Of a stretch of 64,000 nucleotides of DNA, positions 13,250 to 26,800 are shown in pieces. The notes under the pieces are model-generated. The model did no database searches. It was not told where the DNA came from and saw nothing but the letters and a program-made list of their open reading frames with translations. Origin of the DNA: Epiperipatus broadwayi (taxonomy: Eukaryota > Animalia > Onychophora); assembly GCA_028023455.1 (NCBI GenBank), contig JAQFVV010000002.1, forward strand, positions 22,568,001 to 22,632,000. Reading direction: 5' to 3'. Within the stretch, counting starts at the first letter, position 1, and every line of letters begins with the position of its first letter. Made by a program: the position numbers and the translations under genes.

Positions 13250-14300
13250 AAACCACCATAAGATCTGCTCATAATTTACAACATTTAGGAATTAATCTTG
13301 TCTCTCAATTCAGCATCTTCCAGCAATGTTTCATCTTGATTTAGAATATAAGAATAATCAGTTTTCTATGATGAGTCAAGTCTTGAAGATGGTCAGTTAT
13401 GCTAGTGATGCCCATTCATGAAATCTGCCAAAAAAAAATCCAGATCCGTAGCAAAATAATAAATACTTCAATGTCCATATATTTTGCAATTAGTGCATGC
13501 AAATAGAAAAATAATTGCTGCCAAAACACTGGTGAATTCAATAACATAACTTGGCTAACCCTTTATTCTTTTTAGAAAAAGCTTCGATTTTTATTTTCTT
13601 GGCTTTATTTCAGAAAAGATATGCAACGCTTAAAAGATTGTTGTGCTATTTTTTTATATATTAGTGATTCCTAAGAGATGAAATTTATGCTTGTTTTTGT
13701 GTTTTTTTCTTTTTAAAGCTCTGCTTGGTAGTACCATATCTAGTAATTTGGGAAGAAGAATTAGATAACCTGATTTTGGTATCAGTGGTTAAATGTCTGT
13801 TTGAATAGACGAGAAAACTAAAAAGTTTAGTATTCTATGATGTGGCTGATTGTGTATCACCTTATTAACACAAAGTTCTTGCATAATAATTTTATTTATG
13901 CATTAAATATTTAAATTAGTCTGCTCCAATTGCAATAAAATGCATTTAATGAGATATTGCTAATAAGTCCTCGAATATCAATCAAGCCATACCATTTTAA
14001 GAATTCACTGGGTATTCTAGGTGGACTTGTTTTTTTTGCTAAAATGGCTTCTAAATTACAGTCTTTCTGGCTGATTGGAGGACAAAAAGGATTGATTATC
14101 AATGGAATATTTTTTCAGGATGATTTTCTTTTCTCATCCTAGTTTACCTCCACCATTTTGAATTTGTCACTTAGATATTCCAATAAAATATTTTATGTAT
14201 TTAAAAGGCTCGTAGCAACTGAGAATTTTCTAAGATCATCAAATAGGTGTTGATGCAGTGATAATGAAGAAAGAAATGGCTATTATACAAATACAAGTGG
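13250..14300 (-). mobile_element. Highly degenerate non-LTR RT remnant
   Basis: KKTSPPRIPSEFLK (KAPGPDGIP.EF.K-like), TDTKIRLSNSSSQ; many stops. Confidence 0.5.
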
Positions 14301-14504
14301 CAAGCCCCTGGATATACTTTTTTCTATTTCATTTTAATAATCGTAGCTTACGTAAAATGGTAAGAAAATCATATGACAAATATACTAAATGTTTTATTTA
14401 ATTAAATTTGGACAAAATGATTAAGATAATGATTGCATTTCAAAACTTAATTTAAAGGAACCAAACAAAAGTTTAAATATTAAAACAAAAACATTTGTAC
14501 TTAC

Positions 14505-14560
14505 AAATGGATATGGGAAAGGTTTATCAGTAGGACAAGCTTTAGGTGGAGGACATTTAG
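14505..14560 (-). CDS. C2orf81: Exon of C2orf81-like gene (KCPPPKACPTDKPFPYPF)
   Basis: Long T-tract+AG acceptor, GTAAGT donor, 56 nt, phase 1-0. Confidence 0.75.
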
Positions 14561-14699
14561 CTAAAAGAAAAAAAAAGAATAATAAATGATTTTGAAAATA
14601 ATAAATTATCAAATATTGCTTTAATTATTGGGCAACTCTTGTAGTAACTGTAAATGGCATGCTGGATAAATATTGATCCCTTGGACATTAAAATATTTC

Positions 14700-15340
14700 T
14701 ATATATTTACTGATTTAGAGTTAGATCTATATAATTATTAAGCAGATGTATTTGAAATCAAACCCTAGAAATTTCTGAATTTCAGGTTTTTAGTTTTAGT
14801 ACCCAAGAAGACAAAGATGGTCACCAGATGCATTATGGAATTGGTTCCAAACTTAGTCCTCATTGTTAAAGCAAAAGCCAGAAACAAATCTAGAATGAGG
14901 TTTAAATGCATCACCATCTGGTAATTACTGATTATTCAAGCTTACTGTAGATGGTGCTAGAGTAACAGAGATCTGTTTTTGTTTATATCATATTGTCTTA
15001 ATTAAAAAATCAAATGATGGTTATATTGGTTTACATATTCTTCACCAGGAATAAACTATGCTTGCAGTTGATTCTGAATTGTGGTTACTATAATATTTAG
15101 TTATTGATCTAGGACTAAATCTGTATAAACAACTATGCAAGCAGACTGCTATTAGATTAAAATCCTAAGAATTTTTTGAGCTTCAGGTTTTTAGTTTTAT
15201 AATAGGAAATAAGTTTACAGTGGTTTTCTGTGGGTGACCGCATTACTTTCAGCATTGAATCCCAAACCATAATTGGTAGAAGTAAAACCCAGAAAACAAA
15301 CTTACGGTGGGAATTTAGATGTACTGCTGAATGATAGTCA
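14700..15340 (+). mobile_element. Old tandem dimer of a family A/C-related repeat with two hammerhead remnants
   Basis: Direct repeat about 400-410 bp apart (ttcaggtttttagtttta twice); gtcctca-ttgttaa-agc-aaaa-gcc-a-gaaa-caaa-tc at about 14856-14890. Confidence 0.5.
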
Positions 15341-15429
15341 ATCATTTTTCCAAGTTTATTACAAATGGCATTAGAATAGAAAGCTACTCTGGCTTATAAT
15401 ATAAAACCATATTTAGAATCCAATGAAGA

Positions 15430-16880
15430 AAAGTTAACTGAAAGGAGCTCTTTGAGACCTTAAAAGAACAAGCAAGGCAAATTTCTAATGTCCACTCCAT
15501 ATGTTCTTATCATTGCAACAGTTATTACCATATGATTATTCATATAGTAGATGGTCTGATCATCAAAATGCAATACACAGTGTGGTGAGTTTATAAACTT
15601 TATACCTCTGAATTTTGTCTAATAGTTTTTAACTGAAATATCGAGCTTTTTTTTTTTTTTTTTGAAGACTGTGTGAATGATCTCTGCTTTTTTTAAAAAA
15701 TTGACATTTACATTTAAGAACGTGTGTGAATGATCTTTTTTAAAATAAGCATTTACAATCATACCAGACAAAATTAAAATTGGGATCTTATTTCCAGGAA
15801 GCTATAAAATCAGCAACCAAGGCAATGGTTGGCAGCTGAAAGCAGAGTGCTAAAAACCCTTTGATTGTGGAACCAGGATGCCATCTAGTGATGACATTTT
15901 TAACTACCTATTACTGAAGATCTATTTCAAGTAAAAGAAGACTGAATGAATTGGAAGAATTATTATATTAAATGGGACATTGTTGCATTTTGTGAAGTTA
16001 GGAAAAAAATTGAAGAGATAAATGACTTTCAAACTGGTTGTGTACTTTACTTTAAACCACAAATATTGGAAGCACATTTGGAGTGTGATTCCTTACCAAT
16101 AAAAAATGGAAGAACAACATTGTGGACAAGATAGTTCAGATTAGTTAGTCAAAGTAATGGAAAATACCAAATGCAGATAATTCAGGTTTATGCTCTAACA
16201 AGTTCTTATTGTTATAAGGAAATGAGGACTTTTATATGTATGCACAAAATGCTTCTGGTCAGACCAAACATTTTAAAATTATCATGGAAGCTTTTAACGA
16301 TAAATGATTGAAAGATAAAAGTGCTATGGGTAAATTTATGTGAGAGGACACACATTTGTAGAATTTACAAAAAGAAAAACTATATTATGAATTCTTTCTT
16401 TGAGAAAAATACTAAATGAATATGGAAGCATCCAAATGAAGGTATAGCAGAAATGAATTACATTTTGATTAATCGAAAATATGTACTTCAAGATTTTAAT
16501 CTTTGTAATAAATTTAACATAGAAAGTAATCATTGACTAGTATAATGCAAGACTTTGTTGCAAAGCTAGAAAGACAAAAATTATTTAAAAAGGCAGTATT
16601 AACAGACAATATTTCTAATTTTCAGCAAGAAATTAGTGAATTGAAGTTGGAACTTGTAAATTGTTTTAAATATTAGCAGACTTTAAAAATGATTCAGACT
16701 TGATTGAAATCAACAAGATAATTGATACGTTAATAAAAACTGCAAAAAAAGTTAACTGATACAATAAAGCACCAATTTACCATTCTATTGAGACAAGAGA
16801 ATGTATAAAGAAAAGAAAGAATATGTTCCATTACAAATTGAATATTTAGAGTTTGTAAAATGGTACAAAAAAGACTTTAA
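15430..16880 (+). mobile_element. Old RTE LINE copy: 5' UTR plus endonuclease region
   Basis: Aligns with 61295-62820, including the ribozyme-like 5' UTR (ccatatgttctt.tc.ttgca.c.gttattac.atatgattattcatatag). Confidence 0.8.
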
Positions 16881-18229
16881 GAATTTTTTTTTTTTTTGTG
16901 TTTTGTGTTGGTTAAAAAAAAATTGGTTTTTTTTTTTTTTTTTTGGTTTATTTTTTTTTTAGTTTTGGGTTTTGTTTTGGGGGGGGGTTGGTTTTTTAAT
17001 ATTAAATATATATATATTCTCATTTATCTTAGTTAATATTACAAAGTCAATCATTTCATGTTTGTCTGATTCCGTCATAAAAATCTAAATAGATCGTACT
17101 TTATCGTTTGGTTCAGAATAATTCGTCTTGGATATTTTCTTAAACTCCTATAAAATGAAGAGAATAAACTTCATTGACCGATTTAATTGAATATTGTTTT
17201 GATTTGTATAAATATCAATTATAATCATATGTTTTAATTGTTGCCGGTCAATTTTTATTCAATTGTTTAAGATTTCAAACAGATTGTATTAATACTCACA
17301 GGTGAATAAACATCCAATAGAAACTTGATATGTCTTTTATGTAATGTGGTTGGACATTGTAGAGTTAGAGATGAGCTAATAGAGTGTTGATATTAAACTC
17401 CAGTGAAGTATTCTATTTTAAAACATAAACGAAGCACTAATTAAGCATCACTTTATTGGAAGATATTTATAAATTATTTTGTAGCTTCTTAGTAAACCAT
17501 AGACGTATATTAATTTGTTTAAACATTTAAGTGAGTGCATAAATTTTCAAAGTGTTTATAAAATTATAATAAAACCAGTTGATGCCAACAGAAAATTATT
17601 AATTAAAGATTGAAGTAGAAAGAATTGTATATCGCTTATTGACACGAGTGTTTATCTTTCTATTTAGCGTTTATTAAAATAGATATATATATATTTGGGT
17701 CCAAGTATTATTTTGTTTTGATATTTAAATAATGTCTATATGTAAAAAAAATGTTTTGTAAAGTACTATTACAGGTACCTAGAAGCTTATCCATTAAGTT
17801 AAAAAGGCAGCATCTTTAAATAATAAAGTAGATTTAAATTACTATAACAGTAACAGGCTAATAAAATATATATTGGAATCTGTTTTAGTTATTAATTGGA
17901 TTTGATTTTGATTAGATTGCCAATCAAGTAGTTAGCCTAATCCTATATTATTGTTTAGGGCAATAGTAGTTGGTTCTCACTGCTCTTTGCAATTTATGTT
18001 GTAATTGTGATGGATTTGTTGATGTCTGGAAGCAGATAGTCTCATTATTCCTTCATTTCACATATAACTTAAGTAAATTAAACTTTAAGAGAGATTATTT
18101 GTGCTTTGTGATGGTGTATTACATAACGGCGACCCGATTGAGCTAGACCAGATTAATTTAAATTAGATTTTTAGATTTTTTTTATCAGATCAGATTGATC
18201 ATCCTAACCATCACCTACATCCATCAATT

Positions 18230-18700
18230 CAATCAGTTACAAATTGGCACCAACATTTTGGGCCTTCTTTCTTCAATTTAAATGGAATACAGCATTCAAC
18301 AATTCCGACGGTTACAATATATAATTGTGAATTGGCCAGAAAAGTTATACAAGACAATAAAAGTCAAAATTGTAAAACTATATGTTGGTATTGAAATAAA
18401 AGTTATTTCAGTAATAAGAAAAAAAGATGAAATTATTGCTAAAAATAGGAATGATATCATGAAATTTCATGTAAAAGTTGTAATAAAGAAACAAAAAAAA
18501 AAAACAGTATTCCTACTTATTACATCTTCTGAATTACAGTATCTTAAATGAAGAATGCAACTAAATCAATAAAGAAATAGAAGTATTGTTGACAAAATTA
18601 TACATCAAATGTCTAAATAAAGATGCACTAATGCTTGGAAGAATACAGCTGTAATAATGATAATTAAGAAAGATGACAAGAATATTAGAAATTATGTTGT
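18230..18700 (+). mobile_element. Possible LTR end, PBS and decayed gag start
   Basis: ...gttaca followed by TGGCACCAACATTTTGGGC (resembles a tRNA-Lys PBS) and a QQFDGYN-like frame. Confidence 0.3.
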
Positions 18701-18752
18701 CAGTTGTATACAAAATCTTTACCAAAATAAATATAATTGGTGTACATTAAAT

Positions 18753-19034
18753 ATCACATGATCACCATTTCCTATGATTTCTCATAACTTATTAAAACAG
18801 GCAAAACTCTCCATACAGTAGTGCCATTCAGTGCAAGCCAGAGTAATCAATGGTTGTCAGAAGGCTTGTGCATAAAATCCTTATCTAGTGCCTACTCATC
18901 CATTATCCCCAGACTAGTTTCTGGCTTTTGGACTTCATCAGTGAGGAGCCTTGGATCTGAGAACACTGCACCTCCCATATCCAAGGCTCCTCACTGAGTG
19001 GCGCTACTGTATGGAGAGTTTTGCCTGTTTTAAT
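18753..19034 (-). mobile_element. Family A hammerhead-bearing fold-back repeat
   Basis: Full terminal (catcacatgatcacc) on the left, short end (gagttttgcctgttttaa) on the right; hammerhead motif at 18906-18947. Confidence 0.85.
18906..18947 (-). ncRNA. Minimal type I hammerhead motif (family A variant)
   Basis: UCCUCA CUGAUGA A GUC CAAAA GCC A GAAA CUAG UC UGGGGA. Confidence 0.65.
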
Positions 19035-19099
19035 TGGTATACAGTGAACTTTGGATTCATACCAACAAAAAAAAACTTTAAAAAGTTATTTTAGCACAG

Positions 19100-20270
19100 T
19101 GGATCATTCCAAGTATTGAGAGAACTTATAGAAAGAATCAATGAATATGAGTTGCCATTGTGCTTTGGATTTGTAGATTATGAAAAGATATTTGATCATC
19201 AAGACATAAACCCAGGACATTGTCATATTCTGAAAAAAATCAATAGCAATGATTAGATTATATGGTGATATTTTTAAATTATGCACTTAAGCCCTATCCT
19301 AAGAACAGCTAAACAAATAGGTATTTACTGAAGCTTAGCTCTTTCAAAGGTGACAGGTCACCCTCGAAAGAGCTAAGCTTCAATAAATATGCATTTGTTA
19401 ATAGCTTTTTTTATGAATATGAGGACATAGATTATCGTTGAAAGCATTAAGTTGCAGTAAATATGCATTTTGTAATATCTTTTCTTAGGATAGTACATAA
19501 ACACATGTATTTATAAATTAGAGCAATATAAGAAAAGTTTGTTACCTTTTAAATTATATTAGATGGTGACACTAAAAAGTTCAATATTGAGAAGGATTTA
19601 TGACAGGGTAATTTAATATTTCCCAAACTTTTTTATAATACCTTTACATGAAATGTTTTGTGGCTTATAATGAAAAATCAAGAGAGTAAAAATAAATAGA
19701 GATTATTTAAATCATGTAGATTTTACAGATATGTGGCATTTATGCAAATAATGCTTCAGAATTTATGGGAAATAGAGTTATCAGATAAAACTGAAAAAAT
19801 AGAATTAAAGATAAGTGATAAAAAATTTATCCCTCAATAGATTTTGTCATACAAACAAAATAAAGACTGATAAACATGAATTAGAAGAAATTAACAATTA
19901 CAAATATCTTGGTCAGATTGTTAATATAAATAGCGATGTAATGGCTGAAATTATTATTGGAAGAATGCTTTTGATAGAAATAAAAGATTTTCAGTAGATA
20001 TAATTTACTAGTTCTTGCTTAGACAACAGAAGAACAATGCAGACACTAATCAACAAAATATGGAGAGATGTATGTTATAAATAAAGATCTAAAATTAAAT
20101 ACATAGGTAAGAGATCAAGGAAGTATCACTGAATCATTGAAAAAATTAAAATACTGAAATAAAGATGGACTTGATATATTACTAAAAAGTGATAGTAGAT
20201 GGACAGTTCAAATTTTTTGTACCCCAAGATATTTAAGACCTAAAATGAGATCACATATAAGAAAGATGAT
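19100..20270 (+). mobile_element. Old RTE LINE RT/3' fragment with an internal hairpin insertion (~19320-19390)
   Basis: ERINEYELPLCFGFVDYEKIFD, NYKYLGQ motifs. Confidence 0.75.
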
Positions 20271-20291
20271 TAAAATAAGTTTGTTATATTA

Positions 20292-20937
20292 AGCAAAAAC
20301 ATGCACTTTGTGGATTTTAACTATAAATGAATACTTTCACTTTCCAAACACAAGATAAAGTCTTTGTGAAAAGATAGAATGAATCCATCTATCCTTTCAA
20401 CCCAAACATTTAAGTATGGGCAAATCTTAAGCATTTTGAAATGAGAGCGTGAAGATATTAAACAATCACTTTAAATTACCTTCACTTTATCTTGTGCTTG
20501 GAAAGTGAGAGTATTCATTTATAGTTAAAATCCAGAAAGCACATATGCATTAGCTTAATGCTGATTATTATTACAGTTTAAAAACATCGCGCTATATAAA
20601 ATAAATATTTACATATGTTTAATTTCAACTAAGAATGACGTATCATAAATTTCACAAGTGTCATTCATTCAGGCATAGTAAAGGTAATTTAAAGTGATTG
20701 TTTGATATCTTCATGCTCTCATTTCCAAATGCTTAAGATTTGCCCATACTTAAACATTTGGGTTGAAAGGATAGATGGATTCATTCTATCTTTTCATAAA
20801 GACTTTATCTTGTGTTTGGAAAGTAAGTGAGAGTATTCATTTATAGTTAAAATTCACAAAGCGCATGTACATTAGCTTAATGCTGATTATTATTACAGTT
20901 TAAAAAACATTGCACTATATAAAATAAATATCTTATT
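20292..20937 (+). mobile_element. Family D1 repeat: inverted arm plus ~320 bp partial tandem
   Basis: actttatcttgtg repeated at about 20484 and 20802; the left arm is the reverse complement of the right end. Confidence 0.85.
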
Positions 20938-21399
20938 TATATATTAAGTAAAGAAACTAGGAATTGGAGAAACTGGATTAAATTTGATCTTCATTCTTTT
21001 GTGCAAGAATGGGGAACTTTCAGGCCAACTCTGACTCTCAAAGGCCCTCAATCTGGTTCACAGACATTTTCAAAGTTACCTTATATGAAACTTCTATTTA
21101 AACATGCATATAGTGCAAATGTTGTATTAAGAGTTAAGTAAAATCAAATATTTATTTTCTCAATTACATCTTTTTCTTTTTTCAACTTTTATAAGTTGTA
21201 GTTCATTCTATCAGAAGTGCAATATTCCAACAAATTATATATTGTGTGGTCTGACTATGGAGTTAATCTATGAAGCTAATACATTTTGTGCACTTTTACA
21301 AAGATTTTTGCAAATAAATGTATAATTAGCAATAATAAAACAGATTTTACTTCATTTTATTATTTTGAATTTTTTTTTATGAGCAGCTGAAAATAGAGC

Positions 21400-21800
21400 A
21401 TAGAGATGGACAAATGCATATGTTTTATAGAAAGAAATAGTAAATTGATATGAAAGTATTTCAGTTAATAATGAACACTATATTATACTATTCTGATTGC
21501 AACAAAATTATTGGGGGACAATATTAAAATAGAAAACTTTAAAAGGAGTTTCAAGTGGTTAACAGGTTCTATAAAAAATACAAAGAAGTCAGAAAATTCG
21601 ATGAAAACAATTTAAATTTTTTTTTAAAAAAAAAGACAAAATTCAAAACCATTTTCTGTAGGGGAATTCATAAAGGACTGTATCCTAGCTGCTGTAGAAT
21701 TAATCTGTCTAGAACAAAACAAAATTCAAGAATATAATATATGCTTAAGAACAGTTGCAAAGAGAATTGAAAAATTGTCATTAAATGTGGAATAGTCATT
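21400..21800 (+). mobile_element. hAT (Spin/Charlie, GTF2IRD2-like) transposase remnant
   Basis: SKPFSVGEFIKDCILAAVELICLE motif. Confidence 0.65.
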
Positions 21801-22044
21801 AATAATAATGATGTTACTTTATTTTTAATTCACAAAAAAAATATGGTCCTCATTTTAAAAAGAACAGCTGAAATGGCCCATCAGGTAAAAAGCTTGTCCA
21901 CTCCTGCTTTAGTGGATCAATAATGGTGATGCCTTAGGAGCCACTGGCATTGCTTTGAATTTTGTAGATAAATTTAAATACACATATATGATTTTTGAAA
22001 GTATAATAAAATTAATGGTGGCACTGTATATATTCCAAAGCAAG

Positions 22045-22860
22045 TGAGGCAATTCAAGGATAAATGGGATGGTCAAGTTTTTATATGAGAGATGCAAAAA
22101 GTAAAATGAAAATGTTTGGTAAGTTGCAGTTTATGGATAATAAAAGAATAGCCAAAATAGTATTTAATTGGGTTACGAATAAAGGTCAGGCAACAAGATG
22201 GATGAGAAAGGTAATGCGGTATGCAAAAGATTTGGATAAAGAATTTATATCAGTATATTTGTACAAAAGGTGGGATGATTATGTTAGGAGGATTGTTGAA
22301 TGTTATAGTGGTAAGGAATGGGATAAAAGAATAGATTCATTAATAACAAATAGGGAGAATTAGTATGGAGAGTAAAAAGAGTTTAAATATATATATATAG
22401 AAATACACAGAATATTAGGTGTGCGTTAATGTATGATAATCGTAAGGAAAGTAGTTTATTGTTTAAGGCTCGAACAAGAGAATATACATGTAAATGGAAA
22501 AAATATGGGTGATTTAGTCTGTAAATTGTGTAAAGAAGGAATAGAAACTATTAGGCATCTGTTAATTGGATGTAAATGCTTGAAAACAGAAAGGGTACAA
22601 ATAATGAAGTTATGGAAGAATAAATATGAAAAAAGTGATTATACAGAAAGTGGGTTATTGGTTTTTATGCTGGGTTTGAGAAAATATAAGGGGGGTTTAG
22701 ATATAAAGGCTATAGAGTTGACAAAGATTATGTTGTGGAAATGGGATGGAGCAGAATATGGAAAAAACTTAGAGTGGGGAATGGAAGGTAAAGTGGCTAA
22801 CAGGTTTCTCTGGGCATAGTTGCTGAGAGATTCCTGACTTCATTTAAGGAGAAGTTACAG
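22045..22860 (+). mobile_element. 5'-truncated LINE 3' end with C-terminal CCHC zinc finger
   Basis: MGWSSFYMRDAKSK and CKLCKEGIETIRHLLIGC in ORFs 22064-22363 and 22433-22819. Confidence 0.75.
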
Positions 22861-23099
22861 TGCATCACATCTCATGTCAATATCAGATATATATATAGTT
22901 TAAAAGATAGTTAACTTGTATTTCATTTTAGATTCCATTTAATATTTTTCTTATGGATCTATGTATTCATGTATTACTGGGCAGTATAAACTAAGTAATA
23001 TATATATAGTAATAAAACATTTATACATCTAATAGCACATTAAGATTTATTAATATTAAATTAACAATATCTTATTGATTTTACTGAAGACTAGTTAAA

Positions 23100-25500
23100 C
23101 TACATACAGAAAAAGGAATAAAACATTATATGATGTTGACACTAATTTATGAAACCGTTGTCATTTTGATATGTGATACAGACTGGACACTCTCATGCAT
23201 CACTTTTAACTTGATAAAAAGATTACAATCATGATAAATTATATCCGATTAGCATTTTCCACAATTGTTCAAAGCAAATACAAACACGCTACCAATCAAA
23301 TTAAGATTGACAGATGATGCATCATCGTGGAATATAGACTCAGAAAAGAGAAAAAACAGGATGAAAAAAGTAAATTTAGTCAAGCAGAGGATGCTGTATT
23401 AATCATACGGATCATAATAAACTACTGGAAGAAATTTTCAAATGTAAAGTATACAAAAAGGAAATTTAGTCAGGGCCTAATGTTAGTGAAGTTTTGAAAA
23501 CAATGCAAAAATGTGCCTCTTTTTAAAATCATAAGATTATAAAATATGCAGAATAGTTGATCACAACACACATTGTTCAATATAAATGAAACTTGCCTCC
23601 ATTTGAAGTGACTCATTAGCATCACCATCTACGAGACAAGAAAACAGCACACTAGTGCATAACTTTGGAAAGGCCAAAAAATAACAAAAAAGTGCGCCTT
23701 GAAGGGAAGATCTGACAAATGAATGTGCAGATAACTTCCTGAATACAGTAAATAAGAAAGGCAAATAGTTATCATTAGATACAGTTTAAGCAGCATTAGA
23801 AGTGTCTTCTTAGCATATATAAGCGATTTAACCTGCTGAAGAAGAAGCTGTCAGTAGTAAACAAAAACAATTAAATTAATCTAGGCCTAGTACTTTCGAG
23901 GTTTTCCCTCATATTCATGGCCAAAATAGGATATAAACTATCGCTGTAATGTTAATAATGTGAATCAGCAATAGTCATTTATATGACAAATACTCCATTA
24001 AAATGATTGCCAATAGGAGAGTCTCAATCCAAAGATATTAGTAGTGCATTTATAGCAATGGACTATAAATGATCCTAGTCACAGATAAATCTGAATGTGA
24101 GATATGAATATTCATTAGATATTGGAAATAGACTAACAGCATAATCTCTATAATTAGCATAGTGCAGAAAGAAATCACAGCCATACGAATGCAAGATGGC
24201 TTTAATTATTATGTAAGATGTGAAGAAATTTCATCAGTACTTGTATGATAATACAGTCAATATCGTAACAAATCATAGAATTATATTTCTAGTCATTTTC
24301 AGCAAATCTCAACTGCTTCTAGAGTATTTTATTCTACCTACATAGATGTTGAAGTGCTTCGAGTCTTTGGTTTGAGCTGAGTACAGAAAAAAAGGCTAAA
24401 GTTTTATGTATATGGACTTGAAAAATCTGTCATGAATTAATTCCAACAAGAAGAAGTTGATGCCAATTAAATATTAATTTCCAATCAGCAACTATTTAAA
24501 AGTATTTGAATTCACCAAGTCTGAGAAATAACTAGAATAAACTTTTAATGAGATGGCCCAAGCAAGATTTACCTAATATCATAAATTTCTTCTAGTTGTA
24601 TTCTTAAAAGATTGCAAAATAAGAACAGCATCTTCATGAGAAAACAACCTTAGTTCCCTTTATCCCAAATGTTAGTAAAAAATCCTGGGACTAATTCATC
24701 ATGAATATCTACGAAAACTTTATTTCAAAAGACTAGAATAATGCTTTGGGTTGTGGTAAATATGATCAATATCAACAAAGAAAGTTGCGACCTATCCTTC
24801 ACTGTCAGAACTCTGTTGCCTTCTTACACTGAGCAGAATAGGAATTATTGTAACAAACATCAATTTACAATAAATAATAACATAGTGGCCTAGCTGAATA
24901 AAATATGTTCATCTAAAACCATTTCATCTAACAGTTTCATTAAATTTCTTACAAATTGAAAAATATTTTATCTGCATTCTTTTTTTTTTTAATGATTATA
25001 AGTAAAATTGGTCATTAAGAATGACATGCAACTGTTAAAGTAAAGTTCAACGAATGATTTAACATGATGCAAATTTTTACTTCTATATTGGGAGATCATC
25101 GAAAGAACTTCATAGTCCTCCTACCACAATCAAATTGATCTATCATCAAACATGAGCCTTCAATGTTGCAATAGATAACATGGCATGATTTGAGATCGTG
25201 TGGAGTGTTGATGAAGAATACAATTCAAAACCGTTAACAAGACATATTGCAACAATTAAATAAAAGATAGTTGATAAGATAGATGCCATTTTAACTGTCT
25301 CTGCAAATGATTAGCACTATTATGAGAAGTCAATTAAGTAAACTCTGAAGATTATCTACAAATATAATCAACACCACATCTAAACCAATTAACCTTAGCA
25401 AAAGAAGATAGATGCATTTGATTTACAAACACCAAATCAAAAAACATTTCCCTATACCTCCCTCTCAAAGCCATAGACTACACATCACTTACTTATGGAC
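23100..25500 (+). mobile_element. Degenerate Ty3/Gypsy pol (RT-RNase H-integrase)
   Basis: NTVNKKG (RT), ILVTDKS, NYSIVQKEITAI, VKKFHQYLYDNTVNIVTNH (RNase H), decayed integrase motifs. Confidence 0.7.
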
Positions 25501-26800
25501 CTTATATGCTCAGCAATAAAATTTCTACTCTCAAATAGGTGGACCTATTATTATTATTCAGTTGCAGTTAAAAAGGATCTAGTGAATAAACTATTTTGCT
25601 ACTCCAGGCTATAATGAATTCACAAAAAATCAGTCATTGGGTATTATTAAAGCAGGTTAATAAAGTCATTGCCTATAGCACATGAAATGCCATATATTTA
25701 TAAGCATTGAAGGTACTCCAGAATAAAATCGCCTGGATTTCAGCTCTTTAAAGGTGTAAAAAACTTCTATAGGGAATATTACAGATCATCCTAATCTTTT
25801 ATTAGTTGTTAAAATTAATTAGAAATAAAAATTTTACATTATTAAATATTAAGTGATTATACTTTTAATGCTCAAACTAATAAATCGTACATACAATAAG
25901 CATACTATTTTATGCACATGCATTAGAATAATCCAAAAGACTATCTTAACATTTACCGTCAAATGAAGTTCTCTTCACGTATTTCATAGCCATTTGTTAT
26001 GGATATAAATGGAATATCAACTAAAGTCCAGTGATTGATTAAGCTTACAATAGGTGGCTCTGGAGTAGGATGAAAAGAGTCAATCTTAGAATATTATTTC
26101 ATTTACATCTTTGCATAATAGAGATACATTAATCCTATATATAATTGTTGTTTTTAAAATCAAGATCGCACCTTATTTGCATATTAATCTGTCATCTATT
26201 TTGACAATTTTCTAACCAGAAATTTTTTTTGACCATTCCTGGACCAAATGAAATAATATACCTAAGACAGACTATCTAATAAAATGCCAAATTCAAACAC
26301 ACAAATTAATAGAGCCAAATTTGGATAAATTATTGATTCACCTCTAACTACTGTGGTCAAAAGGATATGAATTATAATAAAATTCATTTTGAATGGTATG
26401 TGAGATGTATCTTCAACAAAATAAAGTAGCTATTTGATATAATATACAATCAATGAATTCTACTTTTAAACAAAATAGTTCTTTTATATTTGAAAAATAC
26501 CTTTTTAAGACTACAGAAATGCAATGTCAATGAAATACAAAATGTTATCTATGTAAATAGAGGGATTTGAACTCAAGATGTTATCTATTCATCCTACAGT
26601 TTGTCTCAAGCAACTGATACCCATGACTACATGCATGCAAAAAATATACATGATGTATTTCATGCAGAACAATTAAGTCCCTTTGCATCATATTTCTCTG
26701 ATTGATCCCACAATTGGAGATCTAATACTTGTATTAAAAAAAGTATTATAATTATACTCAGTTTTATTACTACTCTGAATTGATTGTTGTAATTTTATTT

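Noticed and set aside
13911-14142. Overlapping short ORFs
   Set aside because: Explained as a decayed non-LTR RT remnant (minus) and its antisense.
16885-17000. T/G low-complexity run
   Set aside because: Looks like a degraded homopolymer or low-quality sequence; no interpretable structure.
23561-23764. Minus-strand ORF as a host exon with GC donor
   Set aside because: It is antisense to recognisable Gypsy RT motifs on the plus strand, and the gene frame closes without it.
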